From Paragordius varius (lineage: Eukaryota > Animalia > Nematomorpha), in contig OZ176051.1 in NCBI GenBank assembly GCA_964247055.1, forward strand, positions 62,001-126,000: a stretch of 64,000 nucleotides of DNA, read 5' to 3'. A model generated the notes under the pieces. The model searched no databases. It saw only the letters and a program-made list of their open reading frames with translations, and was not told the origin of the DNA. The translations under genes and the position numbers were made by a program. Below, one piece after another: positions 1-12,200 of this stretch (position 1 is its first letter; the number at the start of each line of letters is the position of its first letter).

Positions 1-3000
1 AATTTGATCAGGTGATGTCGCCATAATTTTTTTTGCGTTGCCCTATGGTAGTTCCATCATCACCCCAAATATTGTCGAGATCGGAGTATAAATGTAATTT
101 TTTTGAATTTTTTAAATATTTAAAATATTTATTTTATACGATATTAAAAACAAAAATGGCTACCTAAAATCCAAATTTGATCAGGTGATGTCACCATAAT
201 TTTTTTTGGGTAGCCCTATGGTAGTTCCATCATCACCCCAAATATTTTCGAGATCGGAGTATAAATGTAATTTTTATGAATTTTTTAAATATTTAAAAAA
301 TTTATTTTATACGATTTTAAAAATAAAAATGGCTACCTAAAATCCAAATTTGATCAGGTGATGTCACCATAATTATTTTGGGTAGCCCTATGGTAGTTCC
401 ATCATCACCCCAAATATTTTCGAGATCGGAGTATAAATGTAATTTTTATGAATTTTTTAAATATTTAAAAAATTTATTTACGATTTTAAAAATAAAAATG
501 GCTACCTAAAATCCAAATTTGATCAGGTGATGTCGCCATAATTTTTTTTGCGTTGCCCTATGGTAGTTTCATCATCACCCCAAATATTGTCGAGATCGGA
601 GTATAAATGTAATTTTTTTGAATTTTTTAAATATTTAAAATATTTATTTTATACGATATTAAAAACAAAAATGGCTACCTAAAATCCAAATTTGATCAGG
701 TGATGTCACCATAATTTTTTTGGGTAGCCCTATGGTAGTTCCATCATCACCCCAAATATTTTCGAGATCGGAGTATAAATGTAATTTTTATGAATTTTTT
801 AAATATTTAAAAAATTTATTTTATACGATTTTAAAAATAAAAATGGCTACCTAAAATCCAAATTTGATCAGGTGATGTCGCCATAATTCTTTTTGGGTAG
901 CCCTATGGTAGTTCCATCATCACCCCAAATATTTTCGAGATCGGAGTATAAATGTAATTTTTATGAATTTTTTAAATATTTAAAAAATTTATTTTATACG
1001 ATATTAAAAATAAAAATGGCTACCTAAAATCCAAATTTGATCAGGTGATGTCACCATAATTCTTTTGGGTAGCCCTATGGTACATCATCACCCCAAATAT
1101 TTTCGAGATCGGAGTATAAATGTAATTTTTATGAATTTTTTAAATATTTAAAAAATTTATTTTATACGATTTTAAAAATAAAAATGGCTACCTAAAATCC
1201 AAATTTGATCAGGTGATGTCACTATAATTTTTTTGGGTAGCCCTATGGTAGTTCCATCATCACCCCAAATATTTTGGGGATCGGACAATAAATGTAATTT
1301 TTATGAATTTTTTAAATATTTAAAAAATTTATTTTATACGATTTTAAAAATAAAAATGGCTACCTAAAATCCAAATTTGATCAGGTGATGTCACCATATT
1401 TTTTTTGGGTAGCCCTATGGTAGTTCCATTATCACCCCAAATATTTTCGAGATCGGAGTATAAATGTAATTTTTATGAATTTTTTAAATATTTAAAAAAT
1501 TTATTTTATGCGATTTTAAAAATAAAAATGGCTACCTAAAATCCAAATTTGATCAGGTGATGTCGCCATAATTTTTTTTGGGTAGCCCTATGGTAGTTCC
1601 ATCATCACCCCAAATATTTTCGAGATCGGAGTATAAATGTAATTTTTATGAATTTTTTAAATATTTAAAAAATTTATTTTATACGATTTTAAAAATAAAA
1701 ATGGCTACCTAAAATCCAAATTTGATCAGGTGATGTCACCATAATTCTTTTGGGTAGCCCTATGGTAGTTCCATCATCACCCCAAATATTTTCGAGATCG
1801 GAGTATAAATGTAATTTTTATGAATTTTTTAAATATTTAAAAAATTTATTTTATACGATTTTAAAAATAAAAATGGCTACCTAAAATCCAAATTTGATCA
1901 GGTGATGTCACTATAATTTTTTTGGGTAGCCCTATGGTAGTTCCATCATCACCCCAAATATTTTGGGGATCGGACTATTAATGTAATTTTTATGAATTTT
2001 TTAAATATTTAAAAAATTTATTTTATACGATTTTAAAAATAAAAATGGCTACCTAAAATCCAAATTTGATCAGGTGATGTCGCCATAATTTTTTTTGCGT
2101 TGCCCTATGGTAGTTCCATCATCACCCCAAATATTGTCGAGATCGGAGTATAAATGTAATTTTTTTGAATTTTTTAAATATTTAAAATATTTATTTTATA
2201 CGATATTAAAAACAAAAATGGCTACCTAAAATCCAAATTTGATCAGGTGATGTCACCATAATTTTTTTTGGGTAGCCCTATGGTAGTTCCATCATCACCC
2301 CAAATATTTTCGAGATCGGAGTATAAATGTAATTTTTATGAATTTTTTAAATTAAAAAATTTATTTTATACGATTTTAAAAATAAAAATGGCTACCTAAA
2401 ATCCAAATTTGATCAGGTGATGTCGCCATAATTTTTTTTGGGTAGCCCTATGGTAGTTCCATCATCACCCCAAATATTTTCGAGATCGGAGTATAAATGT
2501 AATTTTTATGAATTTTTTAAATATTTAAAAAATTTATTTTATACGATATTAAAAATAAAAATGGCTACCTAAAATCCAAATTTGATCAGGTGATGTCACC
2601 ATAATTCTTTTGGGTAGCCCTATGGTACATCATCACCCCAAATATTTTCGAGATCGGAGTATAAATGTAATTTTTATGAATTTTTTAAATATTTAAAAAA
2701 TTTATTTTATACGATTTTAAAAATAAAAATGGCTACCTAAAATCCAAATTTGATCAGGTGATGTCGCCATAATTTTTTTTGGGTAGCCCTATGGTAGTTC
2801 CATCATCACCCCAAATATTTTCGAGATCGGAGTATAAATGTAATTTTTATGAATTTTTTAAATATTTAAAAAATTTATTTTATACGATATTAAAAATAAA
2901 AATGGCTACCTAAAATCCAAATTTGATCAGGTGATGTCACCATAATTCTTTTGGGTAGCCCTATGGTACATCATCACCCCAAATATTTTCGAGATCGGAG

Positions 3001-4118
3001 TATAAATGTAATTTTTATGAATTTTTTAAATATTTAAAAAATTTATTTTATACGATTTTAAAAATAAAAATGGCTACCTAAAATCCAAATTTGATCAGGT
3101 GTCACCATAATTTTTTTTGGGTAGCCCTATGTTAGTTCCATCATCACACCAAATATTTTCGAGATCGGAGTAAAATGTAATTTTTATGAATTTTTTAAAT
3201 ATTTAATAAATTTATTTTATACGATTTTAAAAATAAAAATGGCTACCTAAAATCCAAATTTGATCAGGTGATGTCACTATAATTTTTTTGGGTAGCCCTA
3301 TGGTAGTTCCATCATCACCCCAAATATTTTGGGGATCGGACTATAAATGTAATTTTTATGAATTTTTTAAATATTTAAAAAATTTATTTTATACGATTTT
3401 AAAAATAAAAATGGCTACCTAAAATCCAAATTTGATCAGGTGATGTCACCATAATTTTTTTTGGGTAGCCCTATGGTAGTTCCATTATCACCCCAAATAT
3501 TTTCGAGATCGGAGTATAAATGTAATTTTTATGAATTTTTTAAATATTTAAAAAATTTATTTTATGCGATTTTAAAAATAAAAATGGCTACCTAAAATCC
3601 AAATTTGATCAGGTGATGTCGCCATAATTTTTTTTGGGTAGCCCTATGGTAGTTCCATCATCACCCCAAATATTTTCGAGATCGGAGTATAAATGTAATT
3701 TTTATGAATTTTTTAAATATTTAAAAAATTTATTTTATACGATTTTAAAAATAAAAATGGCTACCTAAAATCCAAATTTGATCAGGTGATGTCACCATAA
3801 TTCTTTTGGGTAGCCCTATGGTAGTTCCATCATCACCCCAAATATTTTCGAGATCGGAGTATAAATGTAATTTTTATGAATTTTTTAAATATTTAAAAAA
3901 TTTATTTTATACGATTTTAAAAATAAAAATGGCTACCTAAAATCCAAATTTGATCAGGTGATGTCACCATTATTTTTTTTGGGTAGCCCTATGGTAGTTC
4001 CATCATCACCTAAAATATTTTGGGGATCGGACTATAAATGTAATTTTTATGAATTTTTTAAATATTTAAAAAATTTATTTTATACGATTTTAAAAATAAA
4101 AATGGCTACCTAAAATCC
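1..4118 (+). repeat. Imperfect 12-mer duplication (~2.06-kb period)
   Basis: The monomer at 1 (GTCGCC, GCGTTG, TTGTCG, AACAAA) recurs at 2063. The run GTCACT+GGGG / CCATTATC+TATGCG / GTCGCC / ATTCTTTT occurs at ~1202-1890 and again at ~3256-3945. Confidence 0.7.
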
Positions 4119-4291
4119 AAATTTGATCAGGTGATGTCGCCATAATTTTTTTTGGGTAGCCCTATGGTAGTTCCATCATAACCCCAAATGTTTTTGAGAT
4201 CGGACTTTAAATGTAAATTTTATGAATTTTTAAAATATTTAAAAAATTTATTTTATACGATTTTAAAAATAAAAATGGCTACCTAAAATCC

Positions 4292-6354
4292 AAATTTGAT
4301 CAGGTGATGTCACCATTATTTTTTTTGGGTAGCCCTATGATAGTTCCATCATCACCCCAAATATTTTGGAGATCGGGCTATAAATGTAATTTTTATGAAT
4401 TTTTTAAATATTTAAAAAATTTATTTTATACGATTTTAAAAATAAAAATGGCTACCTAAAATCCAAATTTGATCAGGTGATGTCACCATAATTTTTTTTG
4501 GGTAAACCTATGGTAGTTCCATCATCACCCCAAATATTTTTGAGATCGGGCTATAAATGTAATTTTTATGAATTTTTAAAATATTTAAAAAATTTATTTT
4601 ATACGATTTTAAAAATAAAAATGGCTACCTAAAATCCAAATTTGATCAGGTGATATCGCCATAATTTTTTTTGGGTAGCCCTATGGTAGTTCCATCCTCA
4701 CCTTAAATATTTTTGAGATCGGGCTATAAATGTAATTTTTATGAATTTTTTAAATATTTAAAAAATTTATTTTATACGATTTTAAAAATAAAAATGGCTA
4801 CCTAAAATACAAATTTGATCCGGTTATGTCACCATAATTTTTTTTGGGTAGCCCTATGGTAGTTCCATCATCACCCTAAATATTTTTGAGGGACTATAAA
4901 TGTAATTTTTATAAATTTTTTAAATATAAAAAAAATTTATTTTATACGATTTTAAAAATAAAAATGGCTACCTAAAATCCAAATTTGATCAGGTGATGTC
5001 ACCACAATTTTTTTTGGGTAGCCCTATGGTAGTTCCATCATCACCCCAAATATTTTGGAGATCGGGCTATAAATGTAATTTTTATGATTTTTTTAAATAT
5101 TTAAAAAATTTATTTTATACGATTTTAAAAATAAAAATGGCTACCTAAAATCCAAATTTGATCAGGTGATGTCACCATAATTTTTTTTGGGTAAACCTAT
5201 GGTAGTTCCATCATCACCCCAAATATTTTTGAGATCGGGCTATAAATGTAATTTTTATGAATTTTTTAAATATTTAAAAAATTTATTTTATACGATTTTA
5301 AAAATAAAAATGGCTACCTAAAATCCAAATTTGATCAGGTGATATCGCCATAATTTTTTTTGGGTAGCCCTATGGTAGTTCCATCCTCACCCCAAATATT
5401 TTTGAGATCGGGCTATAAATGTAATTTTTATGAATTTTTTAAATATTTAAAAAATTTATTTTATACGATTTTAAAAATAAAAATGGCTACCTAAAATACA
5501 AATTTGATCCGGTTATGTCACCATAATTTTTTTTGGGTAGCCCTATGGTAGTTCCATCATCACCCTAAATATTTTTGAGGGACTATAAATGTAATTTTTA
5601 TGAATTTTTTAAATATTTAAAAAATTTATTTTATACGATTTTAAAAAAAATGGCTACCTAAATACCAAATTTGATCAGGTGATGTCACCATTATTTTTTT
5701 TGGGTAGCCCTATGGTAGTTCCATCATCACCCCAAATATTTTGGAGATCGGGCTATAAATGTAATTTTTATGATTTTTTTAAATATTTAAAAAATTTATT
5801 TTATACGATTTTAAAAATAAAAATGGCTACCTAAAATCCAAATTTGATCAGGTGATGTCACCATAATTTTTTTTGGGTAAACCTATGGTAGTTCCATCAT
5901 CACCCCAAATATTATTGAGATCGGGCTATAAATGTAATTTTTATGAATTTTTTAAATATTTAAAAAATTTATTTTATGCGATTTTAAAAATAAAAATGGC
6001 TACCTAAAATCCAAATTTGATCAGGTGATATCGCCATAATTTTTTTTGGGTAGCCCTATGGTAGTTCCATCCTCACCCCAAATATTTTTGAGATCGGGCT
6101 ATAAATGTAATTTTTATGAATTTTTTAAATATTTAAAAAATTTATTTTATACGATTTTAAAAATAAAAATGGCTACCTAAAATACAAATTTGATCCGGTT
6201 ATGTCACCATAATTTTTTTTGAATAGCCCTATGGTAGTTCCATCATCACCCTAAATATTTTTGAGGGACTATAAATGTAATTTTTATAAATTTTTTAAAT
6301 ATAAAAAAAAATTATTTTATACGATTTTAATATAAAAATGGCTACCTAAAATCC
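4292..6354 (+). repeat. 4-mer higher-order repeat, 3 tandem copies (~687-bp period)
   Basis: GGGTAAACC at 4500, 5189 and 5875. Each is followed in order by a GATATCGCC+CATCCTC monomer and a GATCCGGTTATG+GAGGGACTA monomer. Confidence 0.92.
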
Positions 6355-9083
6355 AAATTTGATCAGGTGATGTCGCCATAATTTTTTTTGGGTAGCCCTA
6401 TGGTAGTTCCATCATCACCCCAAATATTTTTGAGATCGGAGTATAAATGTAATTTTTTTGAATTTTTTAAATATTTAAAAAATTTATTTTATACGATTTT
6501 AAAAATAAAAATGGCTACCTATAATCCAAATTTGATCAGGTGATGTCACCATAATTTTTTTTGGGTAGCCCTATGGTAGTTCCATTCTCACCCCAAATAT
6601 TTTGGGGATTGGACTATAAATGTAATTTTTATGAATTTTTTAAATATTTAAAAAATTTATTTTATACGATTTTAAAAAAAATGGCTACCTAAATACCAAA
6701 TTTGATCAGGTGATGTCACCATAATTATTTTTGGGTAGCCCTATGTTAGTTCCATCATCACCCCAAATATTTTCAAGATCGGAGTATAAATGTAATTTTT
6801 ATGAATTTTTTAAATATTTAAAAAATTTATTTTATACGATTTTAAAAATAAAAATGGCTACCTAAAATCCAAATTTGATCAGGTGATGTCACCATATTTT
6901 TTTTGGGTAGTTCTATGGTAGTTCCATCATCACCCCAAATATTTTCGAGATCGGAGTATAAATGTAATTTTTATGAATTTTTTAAATATTTAAAAAATTT
7001 ATTTTATACGATTTTAAAAATAAAAATGGCTACATAAAATCCAAATTTGATCAGGTGTCACCATAATTTTTTTTGGGTAGCCCTATGTTAGTTCCATCAT
7101 CATCCCAAATATTTTCGAGATCGGAGTATAAATGTAATTTTTATGAATTTTTTAAATATTTAAAAAATTTATTTTATACGATTTTAAAAATAAAAATGGC
7201 TACCTAAAATCCAAATTTGATCAGGTGATGTCACTATAATTTTTTTGGGTAGCCCTATGGTAGTTCCATCATCACCCCAAATATTTTGGGGATCGGAGTA
7301 TAAATGTAATTTTTATGAATTTTATTTAAAAAATTTATTTTATACGATTTTAAAAATAAAAATGGCTACCTAAAATCCAAATTTGATCAGGTGATGTCAC
7401 CATAATTTTTTTTGGGTAGCCCTATGGTAGTTCCATCATCACCCCAAATATTTTCGAGATCGGAGTATAAATGTAATTTTTATGAATTTTTTAAATATTT
7501 AAAAAATTTATTTTATACGATTTTAAAAATAAAAATGGCTACCTAAAATCCAAATTTGATCAGGTGATGTCGCCATAATTTTTTTTGGGTAGCCCTATGG
7601 TAGTTCCATCATCACCCCAAATATTTTCGAGATCGGAGTATAAATGTAATTTTTATGAATTTTTTAAATATTAAAAAAATTTATTTTATACGATTTTAAA
7701 AATAAAAATGGCTACCTAAAATCCAAATTTGATCAGGTGATGTCACCATAATTCTTTTGGGTAGCCCTATGGTAGTTCCATCATCACCCCAAATATTTTC
7801 GAGATCGGAGTATAAATGTAATTTTTATGAATTTTTTAAATATTTAAAAAATTTATTTTATACGATTTTAAAAATAAAAATGGCTACCTAAAATCCAAAT
7901 TTGATCAGGTGTCACCATAATTTTTTTTGGGTAGCCCTATGTTAGTTCCATCATCACCCCAAATATTTTCGAGATCGGAGTATAAATGTAATTTTTATGA
8001 ATTTTAAAAAAATTTATTTTATACGATTTTAAAAATAAAAATGGCTACCTAAAATCCAAATTTGATCAGGTGATGTCACTATAATTTTTTTGGGTAGCCC
8101 TATGGTAGTTCCATCATCACCCCAAATATTTTCGAGATCGGAGTATAAATGTAATTTTTATGAATTTTTTAAATATTTAAAAAATTTATTTTATACGATT
8201 TTAAAAATAAAAATGGCTACCTATAATCCAAATTTGGTCAGGTGATGTCACTATAATTTTTTTGGGTAGCCCTATGGTAGTTCCATCATCACCCCAAAGA
8301 TTTTCGAGATCGGAGTATAAATGTAATTTTTATGAATTTTTTAAATATTTAAAAAATTTATTTTATACGATTTTAAAAATAAAAATGGCTACCTAAAATC
8401 CAAATTTGATCAGGTGATGTCACCATAATTCTTTTGGGTAGCCCTATGGTAGTTCCATCATCACCCCAAATATTTTTGAGATCGGAGTATAAATGTAATT
8501 TTTATGAATTTTTTAAATATTTAAAAAATTTATTTTATACGATTTTAAAAATAAAAATGGCTACCTAAAATCCAAATTTGATCAGGAGTCACCATAATTT
8601 TTTTTGGGTAGCCCTATGTTAGTTCCATCATCACCCCAAATATTTTCGAGATCGGAGTATAAATGTAATTTTTATGAATTTTTTAAATATTTAAAAAATT
8701 TATTTTATACGATTTTAAAAATAAAAATGGCTACCTAAAATCCAAATTTGATCAGGTGATGTCACTATAATTTTTTTGGGTAGCCCTATGGTAGTTCCAT
8801 CATCACCCCAAATATTTTGGGGATCGGTTTATGAATTTTTTAAATATTTAAAAAATTTATTTTAGACGATTTTAAAAATAAAAATAGCTACCTAAAATCC
8901 AAATTTGATCAGGTGATGTCACTATATTTATTTTGGGTAGCCCTATGGTAGTTCCATTATCACCCCAAATATTTTCGAGATCGGAGTATAAATGTAATTT
9001 TTATGAATTTTTTAAATATTTAAAAAAATTATTTTATACGATTTTAAAAATAAAAATGGCTACCTAAAATCCAAATTTGATCA

Positions 9084-9137
9084 GGTGATGTCACCATAAT
9101 TTTTTTTGGGTAGCCCTATGGTAGTTCCATCATCACC
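9084..9137. other. Nested inverted repeats in the GC-richer half of the monomer (example copy)
   Basis: GGTGATG (9084-9090) pairs with CATCACC (9131-9137), ACCATA pairs with TATGGT inside it, and GGTGA-TG-TCACC (9084-9095) is a local dyad. Confidence 0.9.
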
Positions 9138-9178
9138 CCAAATATTTTCGAGATCGGAGTATAAATGTAATTTTTATG

Positions 9179-9202
9179 AATTTTTTAAATATTTAAAAAA
9201 TT
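9179..9202. other. Perfect 24-bp palindrome AATTTTTTAAATATTTAAAAAATT, present in most monomers (example copy)
   Basis: The sequence equals its own reverse complement. It extends to 30 bp with one G/T mismatch (ATG...TAT). Confidence 0.97.
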
Positions 9203-12200
9203 TATTTTATACGATTTTAAAAATAAAAATGGCTACCTAAAATCCAAATTTGATCAGGTGATGTCACCATAATTTTTTTTGGGTAGCCCTATAGTAGTTC
9301 CATCATCACCCCAAATATTTTCGAGATCGGAGTATAAATGTAATTTTTATGAATTTTTTAAATATTTAAAAAATTTATTTTATACGATTTTAAAAATAAA
9401 AATGGCTACCTAAAATCCAAATTTGATCAGGTGATGTCGCCATAATTTTTTTTGCGTTGCCCTATGGTAGTTCCATCATCACCCCAAATATTGTCGAGAT
9501 CGGAGTATAAATGTAATTTTTTTGAATTTTTTAAATATTTAAAAAATTTATTTTATACGATTTTAAAAACAAAAATGGCTACCTAAAATCTAAATTTGAT
9601 CAGGTGATGTCACCATAATTTTTTTTGGGTAGCCCTATGGTAGTTCCATCATCACCCCAAATATTTTGGGGATCAGACTATAAATGTAATTTTTATGAAT
9701 TTTTTAAATATTTAAAAAATTTATTTTATACGATTTTAAAAATAAAAATGGCTACCTAAAATCCAAATTTGATCAGGTGATGTCACCATAATTTTTTTTG
9801 GGTAGCCCTATGGTAGTTCATCATCACCCAAAATATTTTCGAGATCGGAGTATAAATGTAATTTTTATGAATTTTTTAAATATTTAAAAAATTTATTTTA
9901 TACGATTTTAAAAATAAAAATGGCTACCTAAAATCCAAATTTGCTCAGGTGATGTCACCATAATTTTTTTTGGGTAGCCCTATGGTAGTTCCATCATCAC
10001 CCCAAATATTTTGGGGATCGGACTATAAATGTAATTTTTATGAATTTTTTAAATATTTAAAAAATTTATTTTATACGATTTTAAAAATAAAAATGGCTAC
10101 CTAAAATCCAAATTTGATCAGGGATGTCACCATAATTTTTTTTGGGTAGCCCTATGGTAGTTCCATCATCAACTTAAATATTTTCGAGATCGGAGTATAA
10201 ATGTAATTTTTATGAATTTTTTAAATATTTAAAAAATTTATTTTATACGATTTTAAAAATAAAAATGGCTACCTAAAATCCAAATTTGATCAGGTGATGT
10301 CACCATAATTTTTTGTGGGTAGCCCTATGGTAGTTCCATCATCACCCCAAATATTTTCGAGATCGGAGTATAAATGTAATTTTTATGAATTTTTTAAATA
10401 TTTAAAAAATTTATTTTATACGATTTTAAAAATAAAAATGGCTACCTAAAATCCAAATTTGATCAGGTGATGTCACTATAATTTTTTTGGGTAGCCCTAT
10501 GGTAGTTCCATCATCACCCCAAATATTTTCGAGATCGGAGTATAAATGTAATTTTTATAAATTTTTTAAATATTTAAAAAATTTATTTTATACGATTTTA
10601 AAAATAAAAATGGCTACCTAAAATCCAAATTTGATCAGGTGATGTCACCATAATTTTTTTTGGGTAGCCCTATAGTAGTTCCATCATCACCCCAAATATT
10701 TTCGAGATCGGAGTATAAATGTAATTTTTATGAATTTTTTAAATATTTAAAAAATTTATTTTAGACGATTTTAAAAATAAAAATGGCTACCTAAAATCCA
10801 AATTTGATCAGGTGATGTCACTATAATTTTTTTGGGTAGCCCTATGGTAGTTCCATCATCACCCCAAATATTTTCGAGATCGGAGTATAAATGTAATTTT
10901 TATGAATTTTTTAAATATTTAAAAAATTTATTTTATACGATTTTAAAAATAAAAATGGCTACCTAAAATCCAAACTTGATCAGGTGATGTCACTATAATT
11001 TTTTTGGGTAGCCCTATGGTAGTTCCATCATCACCCCAAATACTTTGGGGATCGGAGTATAAATGTAATTTTTATGAATTTTTTAAATATTTAAAAAATT
11101 TATTTTATACGATTTTAAAAATAAAAATGGCTACCTAAAATCCAAATTTGATCAGGTGATGTCACCATATTTATTTTTGGGTAGCCCTATGGTAGTTCCA
11201 TCATCACCTCAAATATTGTCGAGATCGGAGTATAAATGTAATTTTTTTGAATTTTTGAAATATTTAAAAAATTTATTTTATACGATTTTAAAAATAAAAA
11301 TGGCTACCTAAAATCCAAATTTGATCAGGTGATGTCGCCATAATTTTTTTTTGGTAGCCCTATGGTAGTTCCATCATAACCCCAAATATTTTTGAGATCG
11401 GACTTTAAATGTAATTTTTATGAATTTTTTAAATATTTAAAAAATTTATTTTATACGATTTTAAAAATAAAAATGGCTACCTAAAATCCAAATTTGATCA
11501 GGTGATGTCACCATAATTTTTTTGGGTAGCCCTATGGTAGTTCCATCATCACCCCAAATATTTTCGAGATCGGAGTATAAATTTAATTTTTATGAATTTT
11601 TTAAATATTTAAAAAATTTATTTTATACGATTTTAAAAATAAAAATGGCTACCTAAAATCCAAATTTGATCAGGTGATGTCGCCATAATTTTTTTGGGTA
11701 GCCCTATGGTAGTTCCATCATCACCCCAAATATTTTCGAGATCGGAGTATAAATGTAATTTTTATGAATTTTTTAAATATTTAAAAAATTTATTTTATAC
11801 GATTTTAAAAATAAAAATGGCTACCTAAAATCCAAATTTGATCAGGTGATGTCACCATAATTTCTTTTGGGTAGCCCTATGGTAGTTCCATCATCACCCC
11901 AAATATTGTCGAGATCGGAGTATAAATGTAATTTTTTTGAATTTTTTAAATATTTAAAAAATTTATTTTATACGATTTTAAAAATAAAAATGGCTACCTA
12001 AAATCCAAATTTGCTCAGGTGATGTCACCATAATTTTTTTTGGGTAGCCCTATGGTAGTTCCATCATCACCCCAAATATTTTGGGGATCGGAGTATAAAT
12101 GTAATTTTTATGAATTTTTTAAATATATAAAAAATTTATTTTATACGATTTTAAAAATAAAAATGGCTACCTAAAATCCAAATTTGATCAGGTGATGTCA

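Larger units (their letters stand above)
9073..9245 (+). repeat. Representative consensus monomer (173 bp, T8 allele)
   Basis: Matches the majority base at every position when compared by eye with neighbouring monomers. Contains one BclI site (TGATCA), one TaqI site (TCGA), two SspI sites (AATATT) and three DraI sites (TTTAAA). Confidence 0.95.

Noticed and set aside
9091-9124. Compensatory covariation in the ACCATA/TATGGT stem (ACTATA and TATAGT alleles would pair)
   Set aside because: The GTCACT and TATAGTAG alleles were not seen in the same monomer. TATAGT occurs with GTCACC or GTCGCC, so there is no evidence for a selected RNA structure.
9142-9160. CENP-B box-like TTCG...CGG
   Set aside because: TTCG-AGAT-CGGA has 4 nt between the cores; the CENP-B box needs TTCG-N4-A-N2-CGGG.
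9157-9168. TATA box-like GTATAAAT in each monomer
   Set aside because: It is expected by chance in 74% AT DNA, and there is no downstream gene or other supportable core-promoter element.
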